Program-made: the position numbers and the translations under genes
Part shown: one piece after another, positions 1-16,738 of the stretch
How the letters are laid out: each line of letters starts with the position of its first letter
Position numbering within the stretch: position 1 is the first letter of the stretch
From: an uncultured delta proteobacterium
GTDB lineage: Bacteria; Desulfobacterota; Binatia; UBA9968
Length of the DNA: 64,000 bases
NCBI GenBank assembly: GCA_963816145.1
Contig: CAWFJP010000008.1
Coordinates: forward strand, 1-64,000
Reading direction: 5' to 3'
Notes under the pieces: model-generated
Database searches by the model: none
What the model saw: only the letters and a program-made list of their open reading frames with translations
What the model was told of the DNA's origin: nothing

Positions 1-681
1 CTTTGGGCGATAGCAAATGGGCTAGGGAAGCTATTAAGATTACCGGCAAATGATATTGCAGGACTGACACTAATTTCAGCTTTTACCGTAAACTATGGCA
101 TTCCACTTATCTTACTTGCTTTCGGTCAACTAGGGCTTGATAAAGCATCCGTTTATGTTGTCTTACAAATGGTAATTGTGAACACAGTTGGGGTCTACTT
201 TTCCGCACGATCTCATTTTACGATAAAAAATGCCGTAAATCTTGTTTCACTACCAGCTATTTTGGCAATTTTGGCTCTTTTATTTCGAACCTTCGATTTA
301 ACCTTACCAAGCGGGATTGCGAGTGGGATTTCAATGATTGCTGATTCTTATTCTCCAATCGTTCTCGCTATTTTGGAAATCCAAATGACAAATGTGAAGA
401 CGGATAAGTTGGAAAGAATAACGCAAAATTGCCTTTTGGACAGGTATGGGAATGAGATTGCTTGTTGCACCTATGATTGCGTTAGTGGTACTAAAAGTAT
501 TAAACATTGAAGGGATACTACACTGTTCTTCTTGTATTGGCGTGTATGCCAGTGGCAGTTAATGCGGGGATTTTAGCACAAAAATTTGACGCTTCTCCGA
601 AAATTGTCACGAAATGTATACTTTGGACAACGCTTATTTCTTTTTTTCTTTTACCTTTTATTATAGTGTTAGTGAAGTAAT
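1..681 (+). pseudogene. AEC (auxin efflux carrier/malate permease) family transporter, 5'-truncated by the window and frameshifted
   Basis: NYGIPLILLAFGQLGLDKASVY upstream of the 169..510 ORF. C-terminal LACMPVAVNAGILAQKFDASPKIV lies in another frame ending at TAA 681. Confidence 0.75.
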
Positions 682-740
682 ACGATATTAACAATCCAAA
701 GTAGTTTTTGTATGTTAGTCAAAATAATGGATATATAAAT

Positions 741-778
741 AAAAAACGTAGGAACTTTACAAATTCTTACGTTTTTTA
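741..778. terminator. Bidirectional intrinsic terminator
   Basis: AAAAAACGTAGGAA...TTCTTACGTTTTTT hairpin between convergent genes. Confidence 0.7.
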
Positions 779-782
779 ATCG

Positions 783-1022
783 TTATAGAACAACTGAAGT
801 TGCCTCTATATGTTCATATACATTCTTGACTAAATGCTCTGATGTTTCTCCCACAACGACTTCACCATTTACAATGGCATAAAGGTTACGGTCGCATAAG
901 TTTTTACATCTTTTTAAACATCCATACCCAATCACATCTATAATCTTCTTCAATGTTTCTTTTGCCATGCGAGAGCCATTTTCTAAAATTATCTCACAAA
1001 ACCACACTGTTGGATTCGCCAT
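783..1022 (-). CDS. DUF1450/YuzB-family small Cys-rich protein
   Basis: V.FC near the N-terminus, YGCL..C..C...YA.VNGEVV.GET motif; GAGGTG RBS. Confidence 0.75.
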   Translation of the reverse strand: MANPTVWFCEIILENGSRMAKETLKKIIDVIGYGCLKRCKNLCDRNLYAIVNGEVVVGETSEHLVKNVYEHIEATSVVL

Positions 1023-1369
1023 CTGTTTTCACCTCATATCCTTATTTAATCGCTTACATTATTTTTAAACTAGTTATTACATATCAAGATTCTAGTTATT
1101 AAACTATCATTCTTATTGGAGAAAATTGTAATATTTCCAATATGCCAATATTAATAATAGCTTATTGAACGAGTAATTTCAATATATTGGCTTAATCATA
1201 AATGAAGGAAGGTAAGTGAATGAGAAATAAAAATAATAGTTTTGGAATTATTATAAAAAATACTGGAAAAAATTATACAACTGTTATATAATAAATTTAA
1301 TAAAACTAATTGTTATATAACATAGTAAACTTTTAAGTATACTAATAATTAAAAAAGTGAAAAGGAGAA

Positions 1370-1699
1370 GTGAATATGAATAAAATTAGTGGTGTTGCTC
1401 GTAGAATATTAGGGTGGAAACTTAATAGATGGGATCGTTGGTATGATTTTGAAAAACGGAAATTCATTCCAGATACTGATTTTCAACCAGAAGAAAATAT
1501 AAATCATGCCATGCTCATCGTCGATCGGTTGGAGCAATGCGGCTATACTTATACAATGAAAAGTCCAACAGAAGTTCATTTCAATGATATTTCTGGGACA
1601 GGTCGTACACTTGCACAAGCAATCACAGATGCAGCTTTCAATCTTGTTGAACGCCACTCGGGTCAAGACAACACTGAAAATTGGCGTACATTATGCTAG
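1370..1699 (+). CDS. Conserved Bacillaceae hypothetical protein (BC1872-like)
   Basis: AGGAG RBS before GTG; ARRILGWKLNRWDRWYD...F.PEEN..HAM.IV. Confidence 0.6.
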   Translation: MNMNKISGVARRILGWKLNRWDRWYDFEKRKFIPDTDFQPEENINHAMLIVDRLEQCGYTYTMKSPTEVHFNDISGTGRTLAQAITDAAFNLVERHSGQDNTENWRTLC

Positions 1700-1733
1700 C
1701 AATCATTATTAATAATTAAACTAGTTAAATACT

Positions 1734-1780
1734 AAAAAGACTGCTAAACTCTTTGCAAACTAGAGTTTTAGCAGTCTTTT
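1734..1780. terminator. Bidirectional intrinsic terminator
   Basis: AAAAAGACTGCTAAACTC...GAGTTTTAGCAGTCTTTT between convergent genes. Confidence 0.8.
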
Positions 1781-1822
1781 AGAAATTACAAAAATTCTGA
1801 GTATAATACACCTTTTACATAA

Positions 1823-3016
1823 TTATAAAATCAACGTAATCAATGAACCACCTATTGCACCAGTTATCACAACGATCCAAGGAGGAAGTTTCCAAAAAGC
1901 TAACATACTATACAAGATGGATGCAAATGCAAAATCAATGGGAGATAGGATGGAGCTGGTCCAAATTGGATGATAAAAGGCAGAAATTAGTATTCCAACA
2001 ACGGCTGCATTGACCCCCATCAATGAACCTCTCATTTTAGGATGACTTCGTAGAATGTCCCAAAAAGGGAGTGTTCCAATTACAAGCAAAAATGCAGGTA
2101 GGAAAATCGCGATCGTTGCTAGAATACCACCTTGCCAACCAAACATAACAGTTCCTAAATAGGCAGCGAATGTAAATAACGGACCCGGAACTGCTTGAGT
2201 CGCACCGTAGCCGGATAAAAAGGCCTCTTCAGTGATCTGGCCTGTTGGAACAAATTCATTTTGCAATAAAGGTAAAACAACATGACCTCCACCAAATACT
2301 AAAGCACCTGAGCGATAAAAACTGTCAAACATAGCTAACCAATTAGAAGAAAGTATTTCGTTAATGATTGGTAGAAAGATTAGTAATGCAAAAAATAATC
2401 CTAAACAAATAATTGCAAAAAGCCGAGAAATCGGAAAGTTTATTTTACCACTATCTGGTATTTGTTTTTGTTTAAATAAAAGATATCCAAATAGTGCAGA
2501 AAACACAATGACCAATACTTGTGAGAAAGTTGTCTGCCATAATAGAGTAGCAACTAAGGCGAATATGGCAATTCCTTTCCTTTTTAAATCAGGAGTCAAA
2601 TTATGAGCCATACCAATTATCGCGTGAGCAACAACAGCTACTGCGACTACTTTTAACCCATGAATCCAACCGGACTCGGTCACATCAAACGTTTGTAGAA
2701 TAAGTGCAAATATAATTAAGGCAATAATAGAAGGAAGCGTAAATCCAATAAAGGATACAATTCCCCCTAAAACCCCTGCTCGAGCGACTCCTATTCCTAT
2801 ACCAACCTGACTACTAGCAGGACCTGGTAGAAACTGACATAAAGCTACTAAGTCAGCATAGCTTTTTTCATCCATCCACTTTCTTTTTTGTATGTATTCG
2901 TTATGAAAGTAGCCTAAATGAGCGGTTGGACCTCCAAATGAAGTAAGGCCAAGCTTTGTGGAAACGGTAAGAATCTCCAGCAATGATTGAAAAAGATTTT
3001 TTGAATTTTGCAGCAT
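1823..3016 (-). CDS. chrA: Chromate ion transporter (CHR family, long chain)
   Basis: LGLTSFGGP, QFLPGPASSQ, VFGGGHVVLP and QAVPGPLF motifs; AAGGAGG RBS before ATG 3016. Confidence 0.92.
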   Translation of the reverse strand: MLQNSKNLFQSLLEILTVSTKLGLTSFGGPTAHLGYFHNEYIQKRKWMDEKSYADLVALCQFLPGPASSQVGIGIGVARAGVLGGIVSFIGFTLPSIIALIIFALILQTFDVTESGWIHGLKVVAVAVVAHAIIGMAHNLTPDLKRKGIAIFALVATLLWQTTFSQVLVIVFSALFGYLLFKQKQIPDSGKINFPISRLFAIICLGLFFALLIFLPIINEILSSNWLAMFDSFYRSGALVFGGGHVVLPLLQNEFVPTGQITEEAFLSGYGATQAVPGPLFTFAAYLGTVMFGWQGGILATIAIFLPAFLLVIGTLPFWDILRSHPKMRGSLMGVNAAVVGILISAFYHPIWTSSILSPIDFAFASILYSMLAFWKLPPWIVVITGAIGGSLITLIL

Positions 3017-3288
3017 GATGTCCCTCCTTGATTTTCCAACTTTCAATTAACGTGTAGATGATTAACGCTCAATTCTTTTTTAAAAGGCTCTCCTATTTAA
3101 TATAATCTGTCTCTAACGCAAAAGAAGGATATTAACAAAACATTTACAATAATAAAACCTTATATATTTATCTACCAGTCCTTATCATAAATTTGCTAAA
3201 ATATAAAAATATCTAGATTCTCCTTTACAACCCATTTGTAAAAATGTAGAATATCTATATACATAAAATATCTAGGTAGGTGATAAGG

Positions 3289-3636
3289 ATGTTTGATCGG
3301 GAATTGGTAAAAGGAAGTACTTCGCTACTGTTGCTACAACTCTTAGGTGAGCGAGATATGTATGGATACGAACTGGTAAAGGAATTAGAAAAGCGTAGTG
3401 GTAATGAATTTTCTATTAAAGAAGGCACATTATATCCAGCACTCCATAAACTTGAAAAACAAGAGTACGTTGAATACTATTGGCAAGAGCAAGAGAAGGG
3501 GCCGGCAAGAAAATATTATCACATTACGGATGCAGGAAAAGAAATGTTACAAGAAAAAACCCGTGAATGGAACGACTTTGTTTCAGTAATCAACAAAGTA
3601 ATAGGGAGAACAAGTCATGGAACGGCTAAAGAATGA
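3289..3636 (+). CDS. PadR-family transcriptional regulator
   Basis: [27 protein letters not shown]. Confidence 0.93.
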   Translation: MFDRELVKGSTSLLLLQLLGERDMYGYELVKELEKRSGNEFSIKEGTLYPALHKLEKQEYVEYYWQEQEKGPARKYYHITDAGKEMLQEKTREWNDFVSVINKVIGRTSHGTAKE

Positions 3637-4028
3637 GTTTTTATCACAACTGAATGATTGTCTTGGAGAACATCTAGAAAAAGATTCCATCTTAAAGGAA
3701 TATGAAGTCCATTTAGATGAATTACTTTTGGAACTTCTCGATTTGAAGGATGAATCAGAAATACGGATCGATCTATACGAGGTTAGGCACGCCAGAAGAA
3801 ATTGCTGATATGTGGGAAGATGAACTTTCGGTGACTCCAAGTCGTATGAAATGGCTATTCATTGCCGTTAATATATTCCTTTTTGGCGGGGGAGGTGTTC
3901 TTACTTTAGCTCACAATCTATTCCAATGGAATTGGATTTCTAATTTGTGGAATCAATTAACATCCATACCGATATTAATTGCCCTCATTTATATGTGTTT
4001 TTGGGCCTTGCTGGGTTATGAAATAGGG
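3617..4028 (+). pseudogene. PadR-partner membrane protein (HAAS-like N-terminus), frameshifted near 3765 and cut off at the compositional junction
   Basis: FL..L...L....EKDSIL.EY..HL continues in another frame as RLGTPEEIA plus TM helices; the fit ends after LLGYEIG. Confidence 0.7.
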
Positions 4029-4040
4029 ACGGCGGAGAAT
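4020..4040. other. Junction between AT-rich Bacillaceae-like DNA and GC-rich DNA
   Basis: Abrupt change in composition and codon style inside the apparent 3750..4421 ORF; no att site, IR or mobility gene seen. Confidence 0.8.
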
Positions 4041-4091
4041 GAAAGTAAGAGAGAGATAGGCGGGCTCGATAAAAGAAATCAGGATATTTTT

Positions 4092-4421
4092 ATGCCCAAG
4101 TTTTTAATCCAAGCTACTTTCAACCAGGAGGCCGCGAAGCGACTTGTCGAGGATGGCGGCACCAAGAGAGCGGCTGCTGTTCAAGAACTCCTTAGACAAC
4201 AGGAAGCGCGCTTAGAGACTTTGTATTTTAGTCCACAGAACGAAGGGCCTGATGTTTTTGCCATAGTCGAGGTGCCAGTAGGTGGGGCCGACGCTTTTGC
4301 GGTTATCGCTCTCGCCGGCAGGACTGCAGGGATTACGTTAACTGCCAGGAGGATATTTACTCCGGAGGAGTTGGATAAGCTAGCGGCAAAGAGTAAGAGC
4401 ATTCCTGTGCCCGGGAAATAA
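4092..4421 (+). CDS. GYD domain-containing protein
   Basis: MPKFLIQATF....AKRLVEDGGTKRAAAV..LL....LE.LYF....DV.AIVEVP...TPEELD. Confidence 0.75.
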   Translation: MPKFLIQATFNQEAAKRLVEDGGTKRAAAVQELLRQQEARLETLYFSPQNEGPDVFAIVEVPVGGADAFAVIALAGRTAGITLTARRIFTPEELDKLAAKSKSIPVPGK

Positions 4422-4550
4422 GTCTCGGTTCGCAGATTCATTTCGGACGAAATAATTTGCTCTAGAATGCGGCACGTGAACTCCACGCGCCGCCTGGAGC
4501 CCAATCTTGCAGCGACGCTAGTTAGGATGAAACTAAGGAGGTCAGCTGTC

Positions 4551-5369
4551 ATGCCGATCATCACAATTTATCAAGGCGCTTCTGGCGATGGTCAGGAATT
4601 GGCCGAAGCGGTGGCTCAGGCTCTCGGCTATCGCTGCGTCGGACGCGAGGTGCTCGTCGAGGCGAGCCGGCGCTATGGCATTCCCGAAGCGAAACTCAAC
4701 GAGATCGTCGAAAAAGGCCCGCACTGGTGGGAACGTCTGCTGCAAGATCTGCGGCCCTACCGGATCGCGCTTCAAGCGACGTTGTGCGATCTGGGGCAGG
4801 ACGGGAAACTGGTCTACCACGGCCACATGGGTCATGAGCTGTTGTCCGGCATCGGCCATGTCGTCAAAGTTCTGCTGACCGCGCCAATCGAATTTCGCGT
4901 CGAACAAGTCCGGGCACGACAAAATCTGACTGATGTGGCGGCGCGCCATTATATTGATGAGGTCGACAAGGCGCGCAGCCGCCGGCTAATGGAGATGTTC
5001 GGCGTCGATTGGTGCGATCCCAATCGTTATGACCTGGTCCTCAACATGGGCAAAATGAGCCGAGAAGGCGCGCAGCGAGTGATTATCGAGACAGCCAAGC
5101 TCGACGAGTATCAGCCCACTGCCGCATCGAATCTGGCCTTCAACGACCTCTCTCTCGGTTGCCGGGTTCACGCCACGTTATTTGCGTCACCCTACGTACG
5201 AGGGTCGACTATCGAAGTTTGTGCCAAGGGTGGCGAGGTTCAAGTGAAGGGAAGAGTAGAGCTAGGATTGGAAGACGAAGTCTTGAACGTAGTGAAGAGT
5301 GTACCGGGTGTCAACAAGGTGACATCTGAACTTTATTCGGTCCCGGCCGAAGGTTATCTAGAACCTTGA
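4551..5369 (+). CDS. Cytidylate kinase-like family protein with C-terminal BON domain
   Basis: IITI.QGASGDG.ELAEAVA..LGY, V.LTAP.EFRV, YDLVLN; C-terminal GEVQVKG...VKSVPGV..V; AGGAGG RBS. Confidence 0.85.
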   Translation: MPIITIYQGASGDGQELAEAVAQALGYRCVGREVLVEASRRYGIPEAKLNEIVEKGPHWWERLLQDLRPYRIALQATLCDLGQDGKLVYHGHMGHELLSGIGHVVKVLLTAPIEFRVEQVRARQNLTDVAARHYIDEVDKARSRRLMEMFGVDWCDPNRYDLVLNMGKMSREGAQRVIIETAKLDEYQPTAASNLAFNDLSLGCRVHATLFASPYVRGSTIEVCAKGGEVQVKGRVELGLEDEVLNVVKSVPGVNKVTSELYSVPAEGYLEP

Positions 5370-5440
5370 GGGAGGGAGAATTTTCAGGATCAATGAAATC
5401 CCGATTCTGAGGCCTTTTTTTTTGCCCAGGAGGAATCACG

Positions 5441-5875
5441 ATGGCGAAACAAACACAATCCATGGAAAAGAAAACCCTGAACACTCCGGACGAGATCAGA
5501 ACGTTCGATAAGGGCAGGGTCGAGCTGGCGACGGTTGGTACGGTTACGTTTGGCCGGGCCAGTTTCCAACCAGGGTGGAAATGGTCCGAGTCGGTTAAAC
5601 CGCTTGTGAAGACCGAATACTGCGAAGCGCCGCATGTTCAGTATCACGTTTCTGGACGACTAAAAGTAAAAATGTCGGACGGCAGCGAACAGGAATTTGG
5701 CCCTGGCGATGTCGGAGTTATTCCTTCCGGCCATGACGCCTGGGTAGTTGGCGACGAGCCGGCAGTGATCATCGACATTTCAGGGATGACGCGTTACGCC
5801 AAGCCGGCGGCCAGGAAGGTCGCTAAAAAATCCGCCAAAGCAAAAGCTGGAAAGAAAAAGAAACGCCGACGCTAG
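5441..5875 (+). CDS. Cupin-domain protein with Lys-rich tail
   Basis: FQPGWKWSESVKP, C..PH..Y..SG.L, IP.GHDAWVVGDEP; AGGAGG RBS. Confidence 0.88.
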   Translation: MAKQTQSMEKKTLNTPDEIRTFDKGRVELATVGTVTFGRASFQPGWKWSESVKPLVKTEYCEAPHVQYHVSGRLKVKMSDGSEQEFGPGDVGVIPSGHDAWVVGDEPAVIIDISGMTRYAKPAARKVAKKSAKAKAGKKKKRRR

Positions 5876-6046
5876 TGTCATGGTCCAGAAGTTCCCAAAA
5901 CAAGTCAGACGGCCTCATATCGTCATGCCGGAGAAAGCCGGCATCCAGGTTCGCGATTTTCCTGGATTCCGGGTCGCGCTAGCTATCGCCAGCTTGCCCG
6001 GAATGACGGATGAAATATGTAGCGAACTTTTGGGTCGGCACACTAG
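5872..6046. mobile_element. 175-bp MITE, family A, copy 1 (CTAG at both ends, internal REP-like palindromes)
   Basis: Near-identical to 60445..60619; imperfect TIR CTAGTGTC.TGGTCCAGAAGTTC / GAACTTTTGGGTCGGCACACTAG. Confidence 0.85.
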
Positions 6047-6167
6047 TAGCAGCCAAGAGCGGACCGTTAGTTCTTAAGCTGCCGTCCCTCTGCCCGCACA
6101 CAAAAAGCTTTTTAATGTCCCTTTCGGGGATGGTTGAAATCTGTCGCCTTCAGGCAAAGAGAAGGTT

Positions 6168-6325
6168 TGTCATGCCGGCGGCTAACGTCACCCCGGTGAA
6201 AACCGGGGTCCATCCCCTGTCCCCAGAATCTGGATACCGTTTTTCAACGGTATGACGGACGCTGTCCGTCACCTGGATTCCGGCCCCGGATCGCGTCCGG
6301 GGCAGGCTCTGCGCCGGAATGACGA
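6168..6325. repeat. Cluster of GTCA...TGAC REP-like palindromes
   Basis: GTCACCCCGGTGAAAACCGGGGTCCA, CTGGATACCG...CGGTATGAC, CTGGATTCCGG...CCGGAATGAC. Confidence 0.7.
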
Positions 6326-6499
6326 AAGCAAGAGTCGACTTCCGGTCGATAAATTCAGAACCCCTCGACTTAAAGCCGAGGGTCATTCATTTCGTCCTCA
6401 GTGGCGATCCTTGTGCCCTTGCGCCAGAGATCGATTTCGGATTTCAATCTTGATCGTGCCAAGCATGTCCTGAGTCTCGTCGAAGGGTTGCCAAATCAA

Positions 6500-6745
6500 C
6501 AAAATCCGAAAATCCGAAACTCGAAATCCGAAACAAATTCGAAATGTTGAAAACAAATACAATGTTCCAAACGACATCAAGTGGGATCCGATGTTTTGAA
6601 TTTTCCGAGTTTTGAATTTAATTTTGGTCCCAGTTTGTTTCGGATTTTGTGCTTGGGATTTCGGATTTGGTGTTTGTGTATTAGTTTAGACTTTCGGTTT
6701 GCGGAACCGCTTTAGTGCTTCGAATTTTGTGATCCCGAAATTTCA
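6500..6745. repeat. Inverted repeat built from ~7-nt AATCCGA/TCGAAA units
   Basis: AAATCCGAAAATCCGAAACTCGAAATCCGAAACAAA mirrored by TTTGTTTCGGATTTTGTGCTTGGGATTTCGGATTT; relative at 46492..46635. Confidence 0.75.
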
Positions 6746-6812
6746 AATCTATTTGGTTAGATTGCATCATTGACGCCACCAAACGCCTGAAGTACAAGTC
6801 AGCTCAGCCGCT

Positions 6813-6869
6813 GGGGGAGCTTGGTGCCGCAGCGTCAGCCGATCCCGTCATACGCATAGTTTCTCCCCC
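6813..6869 (+). ncRNA. Probable Acido-Lenti-1-like structured RNA
   Basis: GGGGGAGCT/AGTTTCTCCCCC closing stem around GGTGCCGCAGCGTCAGCCGATCCCGTCATACGC; family match is from memory, not searched. Confidence 0.55.
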
Positions 6870-6903
6870 CGACCGACATCTCTGTTTCGGTCTTTTTGTT
6901 GAT

Positions 6904-13548
<6,645 letters not shown>

Positions 13549-13599
13549 TTTTGGCTTTTCGATTTTGGATTGGGGATTGGGGAAACCGGAAAAATCATT

Positions 13600-13995
13600 G
13601 TCTCGCGCAAAGGTCGCAAAGAACGCCAAGTAACAATGATATTCCGGAAAGGCGGTGAGACCTTTGCGGACTTGGCGAGCTTGGCGCGAGAAAATCCGAA
13701 TCGGAAAGAGTATCTCTCGCAAAGGCGCAGACAAGGTGACGGGCCGAGGCCCGTCATCCCGAGCCAATGCGAGGGATCTAAGATAGATTTCTCCCTTCGG
13801 TCGAAATGACAACAAGTCCGAACTTAGCGGACTTGGCGAGTTTGGCGCGAGGAAATCCCAATCTGAGAAGAGGTGTCTCGCGCAAAGGACGCAAAGTTCG
13901 GAAAAGTGATACATGGATTTATCTCTATCTGATTTTCTCAAAACTTTGCGCCTTGGCGCCCCTTCGACCTTGCTCAGGGCATGCTTTACGGGAAA
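13600..13995. repeat. Compound repeat of 9-nt-period CGCAAAG/CTTTGCG inverted units with a nested GTCAT REP pair
   Basis: Three CGCAAAG.../...CTTGGCG blocks; GTCATCCCGAGCCAATGCGAGGGATCT-AGATTTCTCCCTTCGGTCGAAATGAC at ~13753..13810. Confidence 0.75.
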
Positions 13996-14032
13996 AATTC
14001 CGAGTCGGAAAAAGGAATAAGGAAAACCTTCC

Positions 14033-14743
14033 GTGAACCAACAGATCATCGAAGATCTGGTAACCGCCAGCCATATTCTTGCCAATGAAGGCGTGCTCGA
14101 TGGGCTCGGCCATGTAAGCGTGCGTCATCCGGATAATCCACAGCGTTACTTAATGTCGCGTTCCCTGGCGCCGGCTCTGGTGACGGCGTCGGACATCATG
14201 GAATACGATCTCGATTCCAACGCCCTCGACAGACAGGGCCGAGCGCTGTTTCTTGAACGGTTTATCCACGGTGAGACCTACAAAGCCCGGCCCGATGTGA
14301 TGGCAGTGATTCACAGCCACTCGCCGACGGTCATCCCATTTAGCATCAGCCAGACTCCTTTGCAGCCAGTGTTTAATGGCGCAGCATTTCTCTCCCCATC
14401 GGCTCCGGTCTTCGATATCCGGAAAGTCGCCGGCATGACCGATTTACTCATCGGCAACGGCGATCTCGGCAAGGCGCTCAGCGCGACTCTGGGTCAGGGC
14501 GCAGTGGCGCTGCTGCGCGGCCACGGCAACGTCGTGGTCGGAGAAACCGTACAGCAAGTCGTCTATCGAGCGATCCAAACCGAACTCAATGCCCGGCTGC
14601 AGCTTCAAGCCGTGATGTTGAACGGACCGTTGATTTACTTGGCGCCGGAAGAAGCCGCAAAAGTAAACGCCCGCTCAGGACCCGACGCCACCCAGATTGG
14701 GCGGACCTGGGAACTCTGGAAGCGGCGAGTGCCGGACCGATAA
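14033..14743 (+). CDS. Class II aldolase/adducin family protein
   Basis: GHVSVR, ERFIH.E.Y..RPDV.AV.HSHS, LLRGHG. Confidence 0.9.
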   Translation: MNQQIIEDLVTASHILANEGVLDGLGHVSVRHPDNPQRYLMSRSLAPALVTASDIMEYDLDSNALDRQGRALFLERFIHGETYKARPDVMAVIHSHSPTVIPFSISQTPLQPVFNGAAFLSPSAPVFDIRKVAGMTDLLIGNGDLGKALSATLGQGAVALLRGHGNVVVGETVQQVVYRAIQTELNARLQLQAVMLNGPLIYLAPEEAAKVNARSGPDATQIGRTWELWKRRVPDR

Positions 14744-14882
14744 GCGGTGATCAACACCTAAAGAATCCGCATCGCTCAAACTTTTAGAATTTTTCCCCTG
14801 GACAAATGCGATTTAGCTAATGCTGTAAATAATACGTTTCGCAATCACTGTGTGCGTGATCGCCTCCAGATCGAGGTAGGCA

Positions 14883-15866
14883 ATGAAGAGAGCTGGTTGG
14901 TCATCAGTCTTGTTTGCAACGTTAGTGCCTGTTCTTAGCGTCGCGGCCGAGGCGCAGCAGGCGAAGAAAGTCCCGCGCGTCGCATTTCTCTCGTTGCCCT
15001 CATCGGGACCGGACTTGCGCTCGGAGGCGTTCCGGCAGGGGCTGCGCGAGTTCGGCTACACGGAGGGACAAAATATCGTCGTCGAATATCGCTGGGCTGA
15101 TGACAAGACCGAGCGGCTCGCGGGACTCGCTGCCGAGTTGGTTGGCCTGAAGCCCGATGTGATCGTCACCGCGAGTACGCTTGCGGCACAAGCGGTCAAG
15201 AAGGCGACTACGACAATTCCTATCGTCATGTCCGGCGTCGGCGATGCGGTGGACTCGGGGCTTGTTGCCAGCCTGGCGCGGCCAGGTGGCAATCTCACCG
15301 GGACGACTTTAATCACGCCGGATCTCATGGGCAAGCAACTCGAACTCCTCAAAGAAATCGTACCTCGGATCACCCGCGTGGCGGTTCTCGGCATTGCGGG
15401 AAATCCCACTTCGGGTCTTGATTTGCGGGCGACAAGGGATGCGGCCCGTATACTGGGCCTTCAATTGCAAGTTATTGAGGTGGGTGGTCCTGAAGAGTTC
15501 GGGAGCGCCTTTTCGGAATTCGCCAAAGGGCGTTGTGGAGGGCTGCTGGGCCTGGGCAGCCCTATCATGGTTAATAACCGACAACACATCGCGGACCTCG
15601 CGATTAAATACCGGCTCCCCGCAGTGTTCTGGCAGAAGGAACACGCAGAGGCGGGAGCGCTTATGGCTTATGGGTCGCCGTTCACGGACTCCTTTCGGCG
15701 CGCAGCCTACTTCGTGGACAGGATTTTGAAGGGAGCCAAGCCCGCCGATCTTCCAGTGGAACAGCCGACGAAGTTTGAGCTGGTGATCAACCTCAAAACA
15801 GCGAAGCAGATCGGCATCACGATTCCGCAGTCGGTACTGTACCGGGCGGATAGAGTGATCCGATAA
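14883..15866 (+). CDS. ABC transporter substrate-binding protein (ABC_sub_bind type)
   Basis: Signal peptide ending AEAQQ; SLARPGGNLTG; [25 protein letters not shown]. Confidence 0.92.
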   Translation: MKRAGWSSVLFATLVPVLSVAAEAQQAKKVPRVAFLSLPSSGPDLRSEAFRQGLREFGYTEGQNIVVEYRWADDKTERLAGLAAELVGLKPDVIVTASTLAAQAVKKATTTIPIVMSGVGDAVDSGLVASLARPGGNLTGTTLITPDLMGKQLELLKEIVPRITRVAVLGIAGNPTSGLDLRATRDAARILGLQLQVIEVGGPEEFGSAFSEFAKGRCGGLLGLGSPIMVNNRQHIADLAIKYRLPAVFWQKEHAEAGALMAYGSPFTDSFRRAAYFVDRILKGAKPADLPVEQPTKFELVINLKTAKQIGITIPQSVLYRADRVIR

Positions 15867-15911
15867 GGTAAAAGTAAAAATGAAAAAGGCAAAATAAACG
15901 GGGTAGTAGCG

Positions 15912-16045
15912 ATGAAAAGGGAAATCGTTTTCAGTCGCTGACGCATGTCTTGCTGACCGCTGCTTCGTCCGCCCACGCGCAGCAGTCAAAGATTATCCCT
16001 CGTATTGGCTATCAATCCGCTCCCAGTGGCGAAGAAGTTCGCTAA
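15912..16045 (+). pseudogene. 5' remnant of an ABC_sub_bind gene
   Basis: Decayed signal peptide followed by AHAQQSKIIPRIGYQSAP. Confidence 0.65.
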
Positions 16046-16069
16046 CCAGCAGATGACGAGAGGTGCAAA

Positions 16070-16534
16070 GTGAACCTGCCCCTACCAGAGGCTAATTCCG
16101 AGACTGCGGCGGAGATACGTGAATGGCTCGATCGCTTCGCCGTTTGCGTGCGCGAGGTCGACTATGCGGCGGCGCGACCGTTCTGGCACCCCGACATCGT
16201 CATCTTCGGCACGTATCAGGAGCTGGTGAAGAGCCTAGCGGCCTGGACGGAACGGCAATGGGACAATGTCTGGCCGCGCACGGCGGAGTTTCGCTTCGAC
16301 CTGGCAAACACTATGGTCATGGCCGCGCCGGACGGCGCGATGGCGGTCGCGATCACGCCCTGGACGAGCACTGGTTTTCATGAAGATGGAACGGCCTTCG
16401 ACCGTCCGGGCCGGGCGACAATCGTTCTGGCGAGGCAGCCGGACGGTCGGTGGCTTGGCGTTCATTCGCACATGTCGTTGGCCCGCGGCGTACCGCAGGA
16501 TAGTCATGGAAAACGCACGGTGAAGACGCGTTAG
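16070..16534 (+). CDS. SnoaL/NTF2-like (YybH-type) protein
   Basis: WL..FA.CVR.VDY..A..FW.PD; PGRAT.VL.....RW...HSH.S. Confidence 0.85.
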   Translation: MNLPLPEANSETAAEIREWLDRFAVCVREVDYAAARPFWHPDIVIFGTYQELVKSLAAWTERQWDNVWPRTAEFRFDLANTMVMAAPDGAMAVAITPWTSTGFHEDGTAFDRPGRATIVLARQPDGRWLGVHSHMSLARGVPQDSHGKRTVKTR

Positions 16535-16559
16535 CTGACCGCCTTTGTCCGCGCTACTC

Positions 16560-16685
16560 CGGGCGCCGATTTTCCCGTCGAGCAGCCGAAGGAGTTCGAC
16601 CTGGTGGTCAATTTAAAACCGCCAAGCAGCTCGGCCTGACGATCCCACCGAACGTGCTGGGAGATCGGATAAAGTGATCAAATAA
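16560..16685 (+). pseudogene. Orphan 3' tail of an ABC_sub_bind gene
   Basis: ADFPVEQPKEFDLVVNL-TAKQLGLTIPPNVL-DKVIK* with small indels. Confidence 0.8.
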
Positions 16686-16738
16686 TAGCGATCAGCAGTC
16701 AGTGATCAGTTGTCAACAAAAACATCGGAGACAATTCC

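Noticed and set aside
3750-4421. Novel membrane-GYD fusion protein
   Set aside because: It spans the compositional junction, and the GYD part has its own ATG at 4092.
5880-6580. Small ORFs in repeat regions (also 13545..14036, 31958..32195, 60498..60815)
   Set aside because: They are translations of MITE/REP sequence.
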